DNA from: Vibrio cholerae ATCC 14035
GTDB lineage: Bacteria; Pseudomonadota; Gammaproteobacteria; Enterobacterales; Vibrionaceae
Length of the DNA stretch: 32,000 nucleotides
Reading direction: 5' to 3'
Assembly: GCF_000621645.1 (NCBI RefSeq)
Contig: NZ_JHXR01000010.1
Coordinates: 162,167-194,166 of the forward strand
The notes beneath the pieces were generated by a model, which worked only from the letters and a program-made list of their open reading frames with translations, did no database searches and had not been told where the DNA came from. The position numbers and the translations under genes were made by a program. Numbering within the stretch: the first letter of the stretch is position 1; each line of letters begins with the position of its first letter. Positions 1 to 8,115 of the stretch are shown piece by piece.

Positions 1-673
1 TGCCCGTGAGCGGGGACCATTGCCAAATGTCACGTGTAGCATCGGATAGCGCACCTTTACGCCACGGCTGTTCATCAGAGGGTTGATTGGTATACAGGAT
101 GTCACTATGGGAAGGCGATATGGCTAAATCACTGATGGCAATAGGTAAAACGCGTTGCTCACGTCCTCCCGCTGCAGGCACCGAGTAAAGCTGAGCCATA
201 AAGCTGCCCTGTTTAACGTTCGCATTGGCTTTATCATCGCCCAGTCGGCGAGAAGAGAAATAGAGCTGCTGACCATCAGCCGAAAACGCATACGGAATAT
301 CTTTCGCTCCGTGGTAGGTCAAGCGCCGACTCTCACCACCTTGGATCGAGAGAATAAAAACATCACCAAGACCATATCGATCAGCCGTAAAAGCGATCGA
401 TTGGCTGTCAGGTGACCAAATCGGCGTTTCGCTGTACACACCGCTTTCGGTGAGCGCCACGGCATCACCGCCTTGAGCCGGCACCAGCCAAATTTGACCT
501 GCATAAGTAAACGCTATCTTTTGACCATCGGGGGACAACGCAATATCCCTCAACCAAGTCGGCCGAGCCTGCGTGGAATCTTCAGTCTGGTTGGAGCTTG
601 CAAAACCAAGATTCGGTATCGCACACAACGTTAGCGAGAGCACTGAGCTCAGAGCAAAATGCGGCAAATGCAT
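1..673 (-). CDS. Secreted PD40 (TolB-like) beta-propeller protein, probably the N-terminal part of a tricorn-type S41 peptidase. Partial: the gene continues past the left edge.
   Basis: Absent from the ORF track because it runs off the window. Hand translation from the ATG (complement of 671-673) gives MHLPHFALSSVLSLTLCAIPNLGFA, a signal peptide. It continues SPDGQKIAFTYAGQIWLVPAQGG...IWSPDSQSIAFTADRYG...FSADGQQLYFSS, which are typical PD40 repeats. The frame stays open to position 1. Confidence 0.6.
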   Translation of the reverse strand, partial: MHLPHFALSSVLSLTLCAIPNLGFASSNQTEDSTQARPTWLRDIALSPDGQKIAFTYAGQIWLVPAQGGDAVALTESGVYSETPIWSPDSQSIAFTADRYGLGDVFILSIQGGESRRLTYHGAKDIPYAFSADGQQLYFSSRRLGDDKANANVKQGSFMAQLYSVPAAGGREQRVLPIAISDLAISPSHSDILYTNQPSDEQPWRKGALSDATRDIWQWSPLTG

Positions 674-767
674 CGCCTTTCCTTATCAATATGTTGAGTT
701 TCAACAATAAGCTACCTCAATATGACTAGGACGTCTAAATCATTTAAAGCCAGCGATGCTCTTTATA

Positions 768-887
768 CCCTTCCTACTTGAAGCTGCAGCGGTGTTGGCT
801 ACGCTCGTTCACCCCAATCACATAGTTTGCCTATGCTCATGAGGATTCACTCACTTGCCGCCTACCTGCAACTCCAAGTTGTTTGGG
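768..887 (-). repeat. ERIC-type (enterobacterial repetitive intergenic consensus-like) imperfect palindromic repeat, copy A
   Basis: The reverse complement is near-identical to 24155-24276. It carries the ERIC hallmark blocks GGCGGCAAGTGAGTGAATCC, GAGCATA, CTATGTGATTGGGGTGAACGAGCG and GCAGCTTCAAGTAGGAAGGG. The two ends are inverted repeats of each other. It lies between the GNAT stop and the PD40 gene start. Confidence 0.8.
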
Positions 888-905
888 TATAGCATGACCC
901 TTTCA

Positions 906-1190
906 CTAGGGACGATGACGCAAATGCTGCCACTCAGGATGACGCTCAAGATAATGTGCGACATAACTACAGACGGGCACAATCGTTAAACCCGCACGTT
1001 CAATTTCAGGCAACACACTTTCCATCATCACTTTGCCGTATCCCTTACCTTGCAGCTCATCCGGTACACGGGTTGAGGTAATATGCAGCACCGTTCCCTG
1101 CTGCTGATATTTCACTACGGCTTGATATTCCCCTTCCAAAGCCACGCGATAACAGTGGTTATTGGCATCATGTTGCACTGTATTTGCCAT
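906..1190 (-). CDS. Small single-domain GNAT-like N-acetyltransferase (YjdJ-type, 94 aa)
   Basis: The ORF is 94 aa. The segment RVPDELQGKGYGKVMMESVLPEIERAGLTIVPVCSYV matches the acetyl-CoA-binding Q/RxxGxG core of short GNAT proteins. Confidence 0.7.
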   Translation of the reverse strand: MANTVQHDANNHCYRVALEGEYQAVVKYQQQGTVLHITSTRVPDELQGKGYGKVMMESVLPEIERAGLTIVPVCSYVAHYLERHPEWQHLRHRP

Positions 1191-1321
1191 GCTTACTCCT
1201 TTTCTGATAGATAGATCAAATTAGTTGGTGACTCGCTGAATTGAATCTACACTTATCTCACCATAGAATTCAATGGACTCTACGACCCCATCGACGTCGT
1301 ATCGCAACACGGAGAAGTTAA

Positions 1322-2080
1322 ATGAATTCACGGCCCGCTGAAAAAATTGATAATAATGATGGCCAAACAGAGACTCCACGCAGTAAAACGGTGTCGACCA
1401 TCAACAGCACGGATGCGCTGGCCATGGTTGAACACAGTAGTGAGCTGACTTTAAGCATTACGACCCCTGTCGGAACAAAATTCGTCTGCCGCACTCCGTT
1501 TATTGGTACTCATACGGATAAGTTTTTACTGGTGGAAATGCCCAAAATATCGGCTGATGATCTGCAATATTTCTTCCAAGAAGGGTTTTGGATGAATATT
1601 CGCGCGATTTCACCACGCGGTGAAGGAGCGCTGATCCATTTCCGCAGCCAACTGATGCACATCTTACAAGAGCCGGTTCCCATGGCTTTTCTCTCCATTC
1701 CCAATACCATGCAAGTCTCTCAATTACGTAAAGAGCCGAGATTTGAGCTAAATTTAGCCGGCAAAGTACTGTTTGATGAGCATCGTGGGGATTGTGAACT
1801 GCGCGATTTATCACGCAGTGGTTGCCGTTTCATCACGCCGCCTTTAGGCAAAACGTACCAAGTCGGGGATTTGGTCGCGTTAGAGATTTTTTCAGACTTG
1901 AGGGGCACAAAAACCTTCCCGCCTTTGACCGGAAAAATCTGTAACTTACAGCGCTCACTGCACCATGCTCGTTATGGTTTAGAGTTCAATGAAGAGGGGC
2001 GAAATAACGCCAAAAACTTGCTCGCACAGCTTAAGTTTAACGGCACCAAACTGACTCTTAATGCCGAGAAAAAGGCGTAA
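1322..2080 (+). CDS. plzD: YcgR-like PilZ-domain c-di-GMP receptor PlzD
   Basis: The ORF is 252 aa. It has a YcgR-type N-domain followed by a PilZ domain with both c-di-GMP motifs: RKEPR (RxxxR, nt 1727-1741) and DLSRSG (DxSxxG, nt 1805-1822). I recall it as V. cholerae VCA0042. Confidence 0.9.
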   Translation: MNSRPAEKIDNNDGQTETPRSKTVSTINSTDALAMVEHSSELTLSITTPVGTKFVCRTPFIGTHTDKFLLVEMPKISADDLQYFFQEGFWMNIRAISPRGEGALIHFRSQLMHILQEPVPMAFLSIPNTMQVSQLRKEPRFELNLAGKVLFDEHRGDCELRDLSRSGCRFITPPLGKTYQVGDLVALEIFSDLRGTKTFPPLTGKICNLQRSLHHARYGLEFNEEGRNNAKNLLAQLKFNGTKLTLNAEKKA

Positions 2081-2092
2081 CAAATTGGGATT

Positions 2093-2126
2093 AAAAACCC
2101 CGAGCCACGATCATCGCGGCTCGGGG
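2093..2126 (-). terminator. Rho-independent terminator of gltS; the hairpin may also stop plzD
   Basis: The stem is 9 bp, CCCCGAGCC/GGCTCGGGG (2098-2126). On the minus strand it is followed by TTTTT (the plus-strand A-run at 2093-2097). It lies between two convergent genes. Confidence 0.65.
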
Positions 2127-2158
2127 TCTTGTGCGTGAAGTGGAGGGCTAGCTCGGTA

Positions 2159-3385
2159 TTATCCCAAAAATGAAATGTACCCCTGCAAGATGATTAGGTT
2201 AACGATGTCGATAAAGAAAGCACCGACGATCGGCACCACCATAAACGCTTGTGGTGAAGGGCCAAAGCGTTTTACGACCGATCCCATATTCATCACCGCG
2301 GTAGGCGTTGCCCCCAAACCAAAACCACAATGCCCAGCCGAAATCACCGCTGCATCATAATTAGCCCCCATCACTTTGAAGGTGACGAAGTAGCAAAAGA
2401 CGCCCAGCACGACCGATTGAATAGCGAGGATCACCAAAAACGGTAGTGCTAAATCGAAGATATTCCACAATTTCAGGCTCATCAGAGCCATAGCGAGAAA
2501 CAGCGACAAAGAAACCGTGCCTAAAATATCCACCGTCTCCGCATCCACCTTACGCAGCTTAGTGACTTCGAGCAGATTGGTGATAAAGACACCAATAAAC
2601 AGGGCGTAAACGAAATCGGGGATCATCAACCAACGAATTTCAAAGGTTTTAACCCAAGCTTCTAGGTATTTTGCTCCGGTAACGCATATGAGCAAGATAA
2701 ACAAGATTTCAATCACCTTTTTGGCGGTGACTTTATCTTCTTCATATTCGTTATAAGTGACCAGTTCAGGAAAACGAGAGTGGGTTTGTGTGCCGCGCCC
2801 ATACTCAGATTCAATACCATGTTTATCAACCAGTTTCTGCGCGACTGGACTACCGATAATCCCACCGATGATCAAACCAAAAGTGGCAGATGCCATCGCG
2901 ATTTCTAACGTATTGGCAAGGCCATAATTTTCGGCAAACGTGTTTGCCCAAGCCGCTCCCGTGCCATGGCCTCCAGAGAGTGTGATGGAGCCTGCGATCA
3001 AGCCCAGTAAAGGATCTAAGCCTAAACCTGCTGCAAGCGAAACGCCCACACCGTTTTGAATAATGATGAACACCGAAGCCACGGCTAAAAACAGAAACAC
3101 CTTCGCGCCACCCTTAATCAGTTGGGTGTAGTTGGCCGCAAGGCCCACCGTACTAAAGAACATCAACATGAAGACATTTTGCAGCGGCAGTGAAAATTCC
3201 ATATCAATACCGTGAAAGTGCAACGCAGTAATCACACAGGCGACGATAAGCCCACCCACAATCGGCTCTGGAATGTTGAACTTGGTTAAAATGGGCAGTT
3301 TGGCATTAATAAAGTGACCTAAAAACAGGACACTGATAGCAATAAGAAAAGACTCTAATGCTCCAATTGAAATGATCTGATTCAT
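2159..3385 (-). CDS. gltS: Sodium/glutamate symporter GltS
   Basis: The ORF is a 408-aa polytopic membrane protein. The N-terminal block NIPEPIVGGLIVA...FFSTVGLAANYTQLIKGGAKV parallels E. coli GltS (TIPEPVAGGLLVA...FFATIGLNA...GG). Confidence 0.9.
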   Translation of the reverse strand: MNQIISIGALESFLIAISVLFLGHFINAKLPILTKFNIPEPIVGGLIVACVITALHFHGIDMEFSLPLQNVFMLMFFSTVGLAANYTQLIKGGAKVFLFLAVASVFIIIQNGVGVSLAAGLGLDPLLGLIAGSITLSGGHGTGAAWANTFAENYGLANTLEIAMASATFGLIIGGIIGSPVAQKLVDKHGIESEYGRGTQTHSRFPELVTYNEYEEDKVTAKKVIEILFILLICVTGAKYLEAWVKTFEIRWLMIPDFVYALFIGVFITNLLEVTKLRKVDAETVDILGTVSLSLFLAMALMSLKLWNIFDLALPFLVILAIQSVVLGVFCYFVTFKVMGANYDAAVISAGHCGFGLGATPTAVMNMGSVVKRFGPSPQAFMVVPIVGAFFIDIVNLIILQGYISFLG

Positions 3386-3597
3386 AGTACCTCTTTATTA
3401 TTCAGGCTCATCTCTCCTTGATAAGCGGGTGTCTTGACCCGTTAGGTGACACCAGAACACAACATCAGCGATAGTTATCCTCTAATAAACGGCCACAAGG
3501 CCACATAAAGCAATGATATTGCACGGACAAATTTCCATTTAATGCTAATTATCAACAAAAAAGCAGTGAAAATAGCGGGCGATCATACCCAAAAGAC

Positions 3598-3705
3598 AAA
3601 AAAATAGCCAATCGCAAGAACCGCGATTGGCTTATATATGATGTGAACAATACTATTCACTAACAACGTCAGTTGGCTAGGTGACCCTCGGCTTAACAAG
3701 GGTCA
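3598..3705 (-). ncRNA. qrr4: Qrr quorum-regulatory sRNA (Hfq-dependent); probably qrr4, the chromosome II copy
   Basis: The minus strand reads TGACCCTTGTTAAGCCGAGGGTCACCTAGCCAACTGACGTTGTTAGTGAATAGTATTGTTCACATCATATATAAGCCAATCGCGGTTCTTGCGATTGGCTATTTTTTT. It contains the invariant Qrr core GGGTCACCTAGCCAACTGACGTTGTTAGTGAA and a 5' stem-loop (TGACCCT/AGGGTCA). It ends in a 10-bp terminator stem (AGCCAATCGC/GCGATTGGCT) plus seven T. The 5' end is inferred from promoter geometry. Confidence 0.88.
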
Positions 3706-3715
3706 CCTAAACTAA

Positions 3716-3732
3716 TGCACGAAGCGTGCCAA
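3716..3732 (-). promoter_or_regulatory. Sigma-54 (-24/-12) promoter of qrr4
   Basis: The minus strand reads TTGGCACGCTTCGTGCAT. GG and GC are separated by 10 nt. The GC lies 12 nt and the GG 24 nt upstream of the TGACCC 5' end at 3705. Confidence 0.8.
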
Positions 3733-3793
3733 CTAATTAACCCCTGATTTTTGTGATACTTTGTCAGAAAATTCTCACTCATCTCATCATTTG

Positions 3794-3806
3794 TTGCAAT
3801 TTGCAA
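3794..3806. promoter_or_regulatory. LuxO (bacterial enhancer-binding protein) site
   Basis: TTGCAATTTGCAA is a perfect match to TTGCA-N3-TGCAA. It sits inside the longer palindrome TTGTTGCAATTTGCAACAA and is centred about 95 nt upstream of the qrr4 5' end. Confidence 0.7.
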
Positions 3807-3924
3807 CAAAACGCAATATGAATATGAACCTTATTGTTGAGCATGCGGGAGACACATCGCGTCTGGCTGCAAGTTAACAAAGAACAGGTATAATGACGGC
3901 CTTATTCAATTGGCAGGAAAAACA

Positions 3925-4836
3925 ATGAACTACTTGAGCACCTATTTAAAAGGTCTGGCTATGGGCGCCGCTGATGTGGTACCGGGTGTATCGGGCGGCA
4001 CCATCGCCTTTATTACTGGCATTTACGATACTCTGCTTGAAAGCATTCGCCGCATCAATCCTAGCTTACTCAAGGTATGGAAAGCGCAAGGCTTGGCAGG
4101 AGTATTTCGTCACATCAACGGCCTTTTTTTGATCACGCTATTCGGTGGCATTTTTACCAGCATCGCAACCTTAGCCAAACTTATCTCTTGGCTATTAGTC
4201 ACGCATCCTATTCCTATTTGGTCATTCTTCTTCGGCCTGATTTTGGTGTCGGTATGGCATATGCTGCGCCAAATCGAACAAAAAAAGCTTTCTCGTCTCC
4301 TGTGGCTGATTGCCGGAGCCATTTTCGCCTACGGCATTACCGTGCTTAAACCACTACACCTTGAGCCCACTTACATCAATGTGCTGATTTCTGGTGCGAT
4401 TGCGATTTGTGCCATGATCCTGCCTGGCATTTCCGGCAGCTTCATCTTACTGCTGATCGGTATGTATGCGCCTGTTTTGGGCGCAGTGAAAACCTTCCAA
4501 CTGGACATTCTGCTGATTTTCTTAACCGGATGTGTGATTGGATTGCTCAGTTTTTCGCATATTCTGTCATGGCTTTTACGCCGTTACCGCGATGTGACTC
4601 TGACCTTCCTAACCGGATTGATGCTCGGCACTCTGCCTAAAATTTGGCCATGGAAAGAAACGCTCTCTTGGCGGGTCAATTCCAGCGGAGAGCAAGTACC
4701 ACTGCTGCAACGCAACCTATCACCGTTTGAATTTGAAACGCTTACGTCACAGCCATCTCAGTGGTTGTTAGCGCTGGTGCTCATGCTAGCCGCGGTCGCT
4801 TTAGTTCTCGGTTTAGAAAAATACGCCGAAAAGTAG
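3925..4836 (+). CDS. popT: DUF368-family polytopic membrane protein (undecaprenyl-phosphate translocase PopT family)
   Basis: The protein is hydrophobic with about 8-9 TM segments. It carries the duplicated DUF368 signature VPGVSGGTIAFITGIY and LPGISGSFILLLIGMY. I place the start at ATG 3925 because AGGA lies 7 nt upstream, rather than at the track's TTG at 3910. I recall it as VCA0040. Confidence 0.85.
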   Translation: MNYLSTYLKGLAMGAADVVPGVSGGTIAFITGIYDTLLESIRRINPSLLKVWKAQGLAGVFRHINGLFLITLFGGIFTSIATLAKLISWLLVTHPIPIWSFFFGLILVSVWHMLRQIEQKKLSRLLWLIAGAIFAYGITVLKPLHLEPTYINVLISGAIAICAMILPGISGSFILLLIGMYAPVLGAVKTFQLDILLIFLTGCVIGLLSFSHILSWLLRRYRDVTLTFLTGLMLGTLPKIWPWKETLSWRVNSSGEQVPLLQRNLSPFEFETLTSQPSQWLLALVLMLAAVALVLGLEKYAEK

Positions 4837-4857
4837 CCAACCGCTTTGATACTGGCT

Positions 4858-4880
4858 CACCACCGCACAATGCGGTGGTG
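4858..4880 (+). terminator. Hairpin downstream of the DUF368 gene (weak terminator)
   Basis: The stem is 10 bp, CACCACCGCA/TGCGGTGGTG, with a 3-nt loop. It is followed only by AAGTTT, a poor U-tract. Confidence 0.4.
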
Positions 4881-5034
4881 AAGTTTCCTCACGAGTACTG
4901 CGGTTTCTGCAAGTAGAAAGACAATATCGCCTTGATTTTTCTAAGAGCCACGGCACATTTCCTCAGTATTCAATCTCGAAACGGATAGAGAGCATGCTAA
5001 CATCTTCCCCACTCACGCAACTTCGGAATACGAT

Positions 5035-5457
5035 GTGATGAACGCACTGAAAGGGATTGCGATCCTGCTGGCTCTTGGGGCTGGCTTTTTTGCCAGCGAC
5101 CTTGTTGCTTGGTTCCAGTCGCCTCAACCTGATCTTAACGATTACTGTCAACTATCACAGCAAAGCTGTGAGCAAGCGGGTGTCACCATGACCCTAGCTC
5201 AAGATAAAGCCCACCCATTAGTTGCCAATCGGCTCACCGTACACTGGCCCAATACGGATGCACAAAATTTGATCCTCACTTTAGAGGGGCTTGAGATGAA
5301 TATGGGCAGTGCCAAGTTTTCTTTATCCTCCAACGGTGATGGCCTATACAGTGCCGACATTATTCTGCCCGTTTGTACTTCGGATGCGATGACTTGGATT
5401 GGTGAGCTTAGCGATGGCAAACAGACGGTTTACCCAGCAATTAGGATGGAACGATGA
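5035..5457 (+). CDS. Hypothetical membrane-anchored 140-aa protein; first gene of the Sco/PCuAC copper operon
   Basis: There is an N-terminal TM or signal anchor (GIAILLALGAGFFASDLVAW). The exported domain has cysteines at CQLSQQSC and PVCTS. Its stop overlaps the sco start (ATGA at 5454-5457). The true start could be GTG 5035 or ATG 5038. I recognise no family. Confidence 0.5.
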   Translation: MMNALKGIAILLALGAGFFASDLVAWFQSPQPDLNDYCQLSQQSCEQAGVTMTLAQDKAHPLVANRLTVHWPNTDAQNLILTLEGLEMNMGSAKFSLSSNGDGLYSADIILPVCTSDAMTWIGELSDGKQTVYPAIRMER

Positions 5458-6035
5458 GTAAGAATTGGTCATTGATATTAGTGGTGGCGTTTACCCTAGG
5501 ATTTAGTATCAAAGCCTATTTGGATAGCCAACAGAAATTAGCCGCACAGGTGACTACCCCACTGACCTTATCGGGAGACAATCAGCAAGCTGTCGCCATT
5601 TTCGATCAAGCCGACCCACGAATTCGAATTGTCTATTTTGGCTTTACACGTTGTCCAGATGTCTGCCCAACCTCTTTAGCTATGCTCTCCGCAGCCTTAA
5701 ACCAAGTCGATGATAAAACGAAAGCGCAGTTACGCCCTATGTTTATCTCCCTTGATCCGGAGCGAGATGATGCCAAACTCGCCGCACAATACGCCCACTA
5801 CTTTCATCCAATGATCGAAGGTTTGTCTGGCTCCGTTGCAACCACCAACCAGATTGCGCAAAAGTACGGTGTGATTTTTCGTAAAACCGAATTACCCAAT
5901 TCGGAGCTGAAATACACCTTAGATCACAGCTCTTATTTCTATTTCTTGCAGCCGGATGGCACCTTGATCAATAAAGTGCCGCATACCCAAGACCCCACAC
6001 CCATCGTGGATGCCATAAAGAAAGTCATTCAATAA
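5454..6035 (+). CDS. Sco1/SenC-family copper chaperone / thiol-disulfide oxidoreductase
   Basis: The ORF is 193 aa with an N-terminal TM anchor. The thioredoxin fold carries the copper-binding CPDVCP (CxxxC) motif and the distal His in LDHSSYFYF. Confidence 0.9.
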   Translation: MSKNWSLILVVAFTLGFSIKAYLDSQQKLAAQVTTPLTLSGDNQQAVAIFDQADPRIRIVYFGFTRCPDVCPTSLAMLSAALNQVDDKTKAQLRPMFISLDPERDDAKLAAQYAHYFHPMIEGLSGSVATTNQIAQKYGVIFRKTELPNSELKYTLDHSSYFYFLQPDGTLINKVPHTQDPTPIVDAIKKVIQ

Positions 6036-6048
6036 AAAGGATAATTTA

Positions 6049-6501
6049 ATGAAACTGAATACCTTGCTTCTTTCTAGCCTACTGCTTAGCACATCAGCTT
6101 TAGCTCAATCAGACATCATGGTTCACCAAGCTTATGCGCGCGCGACTCCTCCTGCCGCAGTCAATAGCGCCTTTTTTGGTGAAGTCATGAACCACAGTGA
6201 TGTGGAGCGCTACATTGTTTCCGCCAGCAGCGAAGTGGCTGCCAAAGTGGAGCTGCATGACGTCATTAAAGAAGGCGATGTGATGAAAATGCGCCAAGTT
6301 CCTGAGTTTGTGATCCCCGCTCAAGGGACTTTAGTGCTCAAACCGGGCAGTTTTCACATCATGTTGCTTGAATTGAAAAAGCCACTGCAAGAGGGTGAGA
6401 ACATCGAAGTAGAAATCACGTTTAAAAACGGTGAGAAGCAAATGATTACGGCACCGGTGAAAAAAGTGATGTCCGGTATGGCTGAACACAGCTCACACTA
6501 A
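6049..6501 (+). CDS. PCu(A)C periplasmic copper chaperone (DUF461)
   Basis: There is a signal peptide (MKLNTLLLSSLLLSTSALA). The H-X10-M-X21-H-X-M motif matches exactly: the H of ELHD, then M of KMR, then HIM. Confidence 0.88.
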   Translation: MKLNTLLLSSLLLSTSALAQSDIMVHQAYARATPPAAVNSAFFGEVMNHSDVERYIVSASSEVAAKVELHDVIKEGDVMKMRQVPEFVIPAQGTLVLKPGSFHIMLLELKKPLQEGENIEVEITFKNGEKQMITAPVKKVMSGMAEHSSH

Positions 6502-6600
6502 GCCTCTTGGACGCCTATCTCGCTCAACAACAAACCTTAGACCTGATTGCAGTCCAAAGTTTTGTCGCTTCAAGTAGGAAGTGAATATCTCAAAAATTAA

Positions 6601-6624
6601 GGGTGATGGATTCACCCTTTTTGT
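6601..6624 (+). terminator. Rho-independent terminator of the copper operon
   Basis: GGGTGA-TGGAT-TCACCC is followed by TTTTTGTT. Confidence 0.7.
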
Positions 6625-6841
6625 TGCCCTTGTTATACCCAGACGACAAAAACGATAAGGAATCTCTGCATTATCAACGTTAAGCAACAAATTACTTACT
6701 TCCTCTCAAAATACACAACTTATCACGGCAAATATCAATTATCGGTAGACACATTATCTTGTGCGGTTAATATTGGAGCCCTTCAGGATTAATGACTGAA
6801 GCTACAATAATTCAAATTTTTTATGATTCGCAGGGATAACT

Positions 6842-8059
6842 ATGCAGAACAACTCGTTTCTAGCCCGTTTGGTGCGTGGAAATCTGGTCTTACAAATTTT
6901 AGCCGGCATCCTATTAGGTGCAGCGATGGCTACTTTTTCACCAGAATACGCTCAAAAAGTGGGATTAATTGGTAATTTATTCGTAGGCGCACTGAAAGCC
7001 GTTGCTCCAGTGCTGGTGTTTATTTTGGTGGCATCTTCAATCGCCAACCAGAAGAAAAACCAACACACCTACATGCGTCCAATCGTTGTGTTGTACCTAT
7101 TTGGCACCTTTTCAGCAGCACTGACCGCAGTTATTTTAAGTTTCCTATTTCCGACCACGCTCGTACTTGCAACCGGCGCTGAAGGCGCAACACCGCCACA
7201 AGGCATTGCCGAAGTACTCAACACCTTGTTGTTCAAGCTGGTCGATAACCCAGTCAGCGCTTTGATGAATGCGAACTACATCGGCATTTTAGCTTGGGGC
7301 GTGGGTTTAGGTTTGGCACTGCACCATTCTTCATCGACCACCAAAGCGGTATTTGAAGACCTTAGCCACGGCATCTCCCAAATCGTGCGTTTTATCATTC
7401 GTCTCGCACCCTTCGGTATTTTTGGCTTAGTGGCTTCAACGTTTGCCACCACAGGCTTTGATGCACTTGCTGGTTATGCGCAGTTGCTGGCGGTTCTACT
7501 TGGCGCAATGGCCTTTATCGCTCTGGTCGTCAACCCAATGATTGTCTACTACAAAATTCGCCGTAACCCTTTCCCTCTGGTTTTACAATGCCTACGTGAA
7601 AGTGGGGTTACTGCATTTTTCACGCGTTCAAGTGCTGCCAATATTCCGGTCAACATGGCACTGTGTGAAAAACTCAAACTCGATGAAGATACTTACTCAG
7701 TCTCTATCCCACTGGGAGCGACTATCAACATGGCAGGCGCAGCAATTACTATCACAGTACTGACTCTTGCTGCGGTACACACCATGGGTATTGAAGTGGA
7801 TCTGATGACAGCACTACTTCTCAGTGTGGTTGCAGCGGTCTCGGCTTGTGGTGCTTCTGGAGTAGCGGGCGGTTCATTGCTCCTTATTCCACTCGCGTGT
7901 GGTTTGTTTGGGATTTCCAATGACATCGCGATGCAGGTTGTTGCGGTAGGTTTCATTATCGGCGTGATTCAAGACTCAGCCGAAACAGCCCTGAACAGCT
8001 CGACCGACGTACTCTTCACGGCAGCCGTATGCCAAGCAGAGCATGAAAAGCGCGCTTAA
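6842..8059 (+). CDS. sstT: Sodium-coupled serine/threonine transporter SstT (DAACS family)
   Basis: The ORF is 405 aa. [25 protein letters not shown] and [11 protein letters not shown] are collinear with E. coli SstT. An AGGGA Shine-Dalgarno sequence precedes the start. Confidence 0.9.
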   Translation: MQNNSFLARLVRGNLVLQILAGILLGAAMATFSPEYAQKVGLIGNLFVGALKAVAPVLVFILVASSIANQKKNQHTYMRPIVVLYLFGTFSAALTAVILSFLFPTTLVLATGAEGATPPQGIAEVLNTLLFKLVDNPVSALMNANYIGILAWGVGLGLALHHSSSTTKAVFEDLSHGISQIVRFIIRLAPFGIFGLVASTFATTGFDALAGYAQLLAVLLGAMAFIALVVNPMIVYYKIRRNPFPLVLQCLRESGVTAFFTRSSAANIPVNMALCEKLKLDEDTYSVSIPLGATINMAGAAITITVLTLAAVHTMGIEVDLMTALLLSVVAAVSACGASGVAGGSLLLIPLACGLFGISNDIAMQVVAVGFIIGVIQDSAETALNSSTDVLFTAAVCQAEHEKRA

Positions 8060-8085
8060 ACTTTCCGCTTAATGATTGTGAAAAC

Positions 8086-8115
8086 CAAAAATGGGCATCA
8101 AATGCCCATTTTTTA
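8086..8115. terminator. Bidirectional terminator between sstT and the PAP2 gene
   Basis: ATGGGCAT-CAA-ATGCCCAT is flanked by an A5 run upstream and a T6 run downstream. The T-run overlaps the stop codon of the minus-strand gene. Confidence 0.7.

Noticed and set aside
155-504. 86-aa plus-strand and 61-aa minus-strand ORFs at the left edge
   Set aside because: They overlap the edge-truncated PD40 beta-propeller gene in other frames. That gene has clear repeat motifs and a signal peptide.
6567-6581. A 15-nt exact match (GCTTCAAGTAGGAAG) to the terminal arm of the ERIC repeat
   Set aside because: It is too short and the flanks do not align with the element. It could be a last remnant or chance.
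6493-6690. A 65-aa minus-strand ORF downstream of the PCuAC gene
   Set aside because: It spans the copper-operon terminator hairpin, has no RBS or motif, and lies in an intergenic region.
6781-6801. The hairpin CTTCAG-N9-CTGAAG followed at a distance by a T-run in the sstT leader (possible attenuator or riboswitch)
   Set aside because: The stem is only 6 bp and the T-run is 12 nt away. There is no leader peptide and no known riboswitch consensus.
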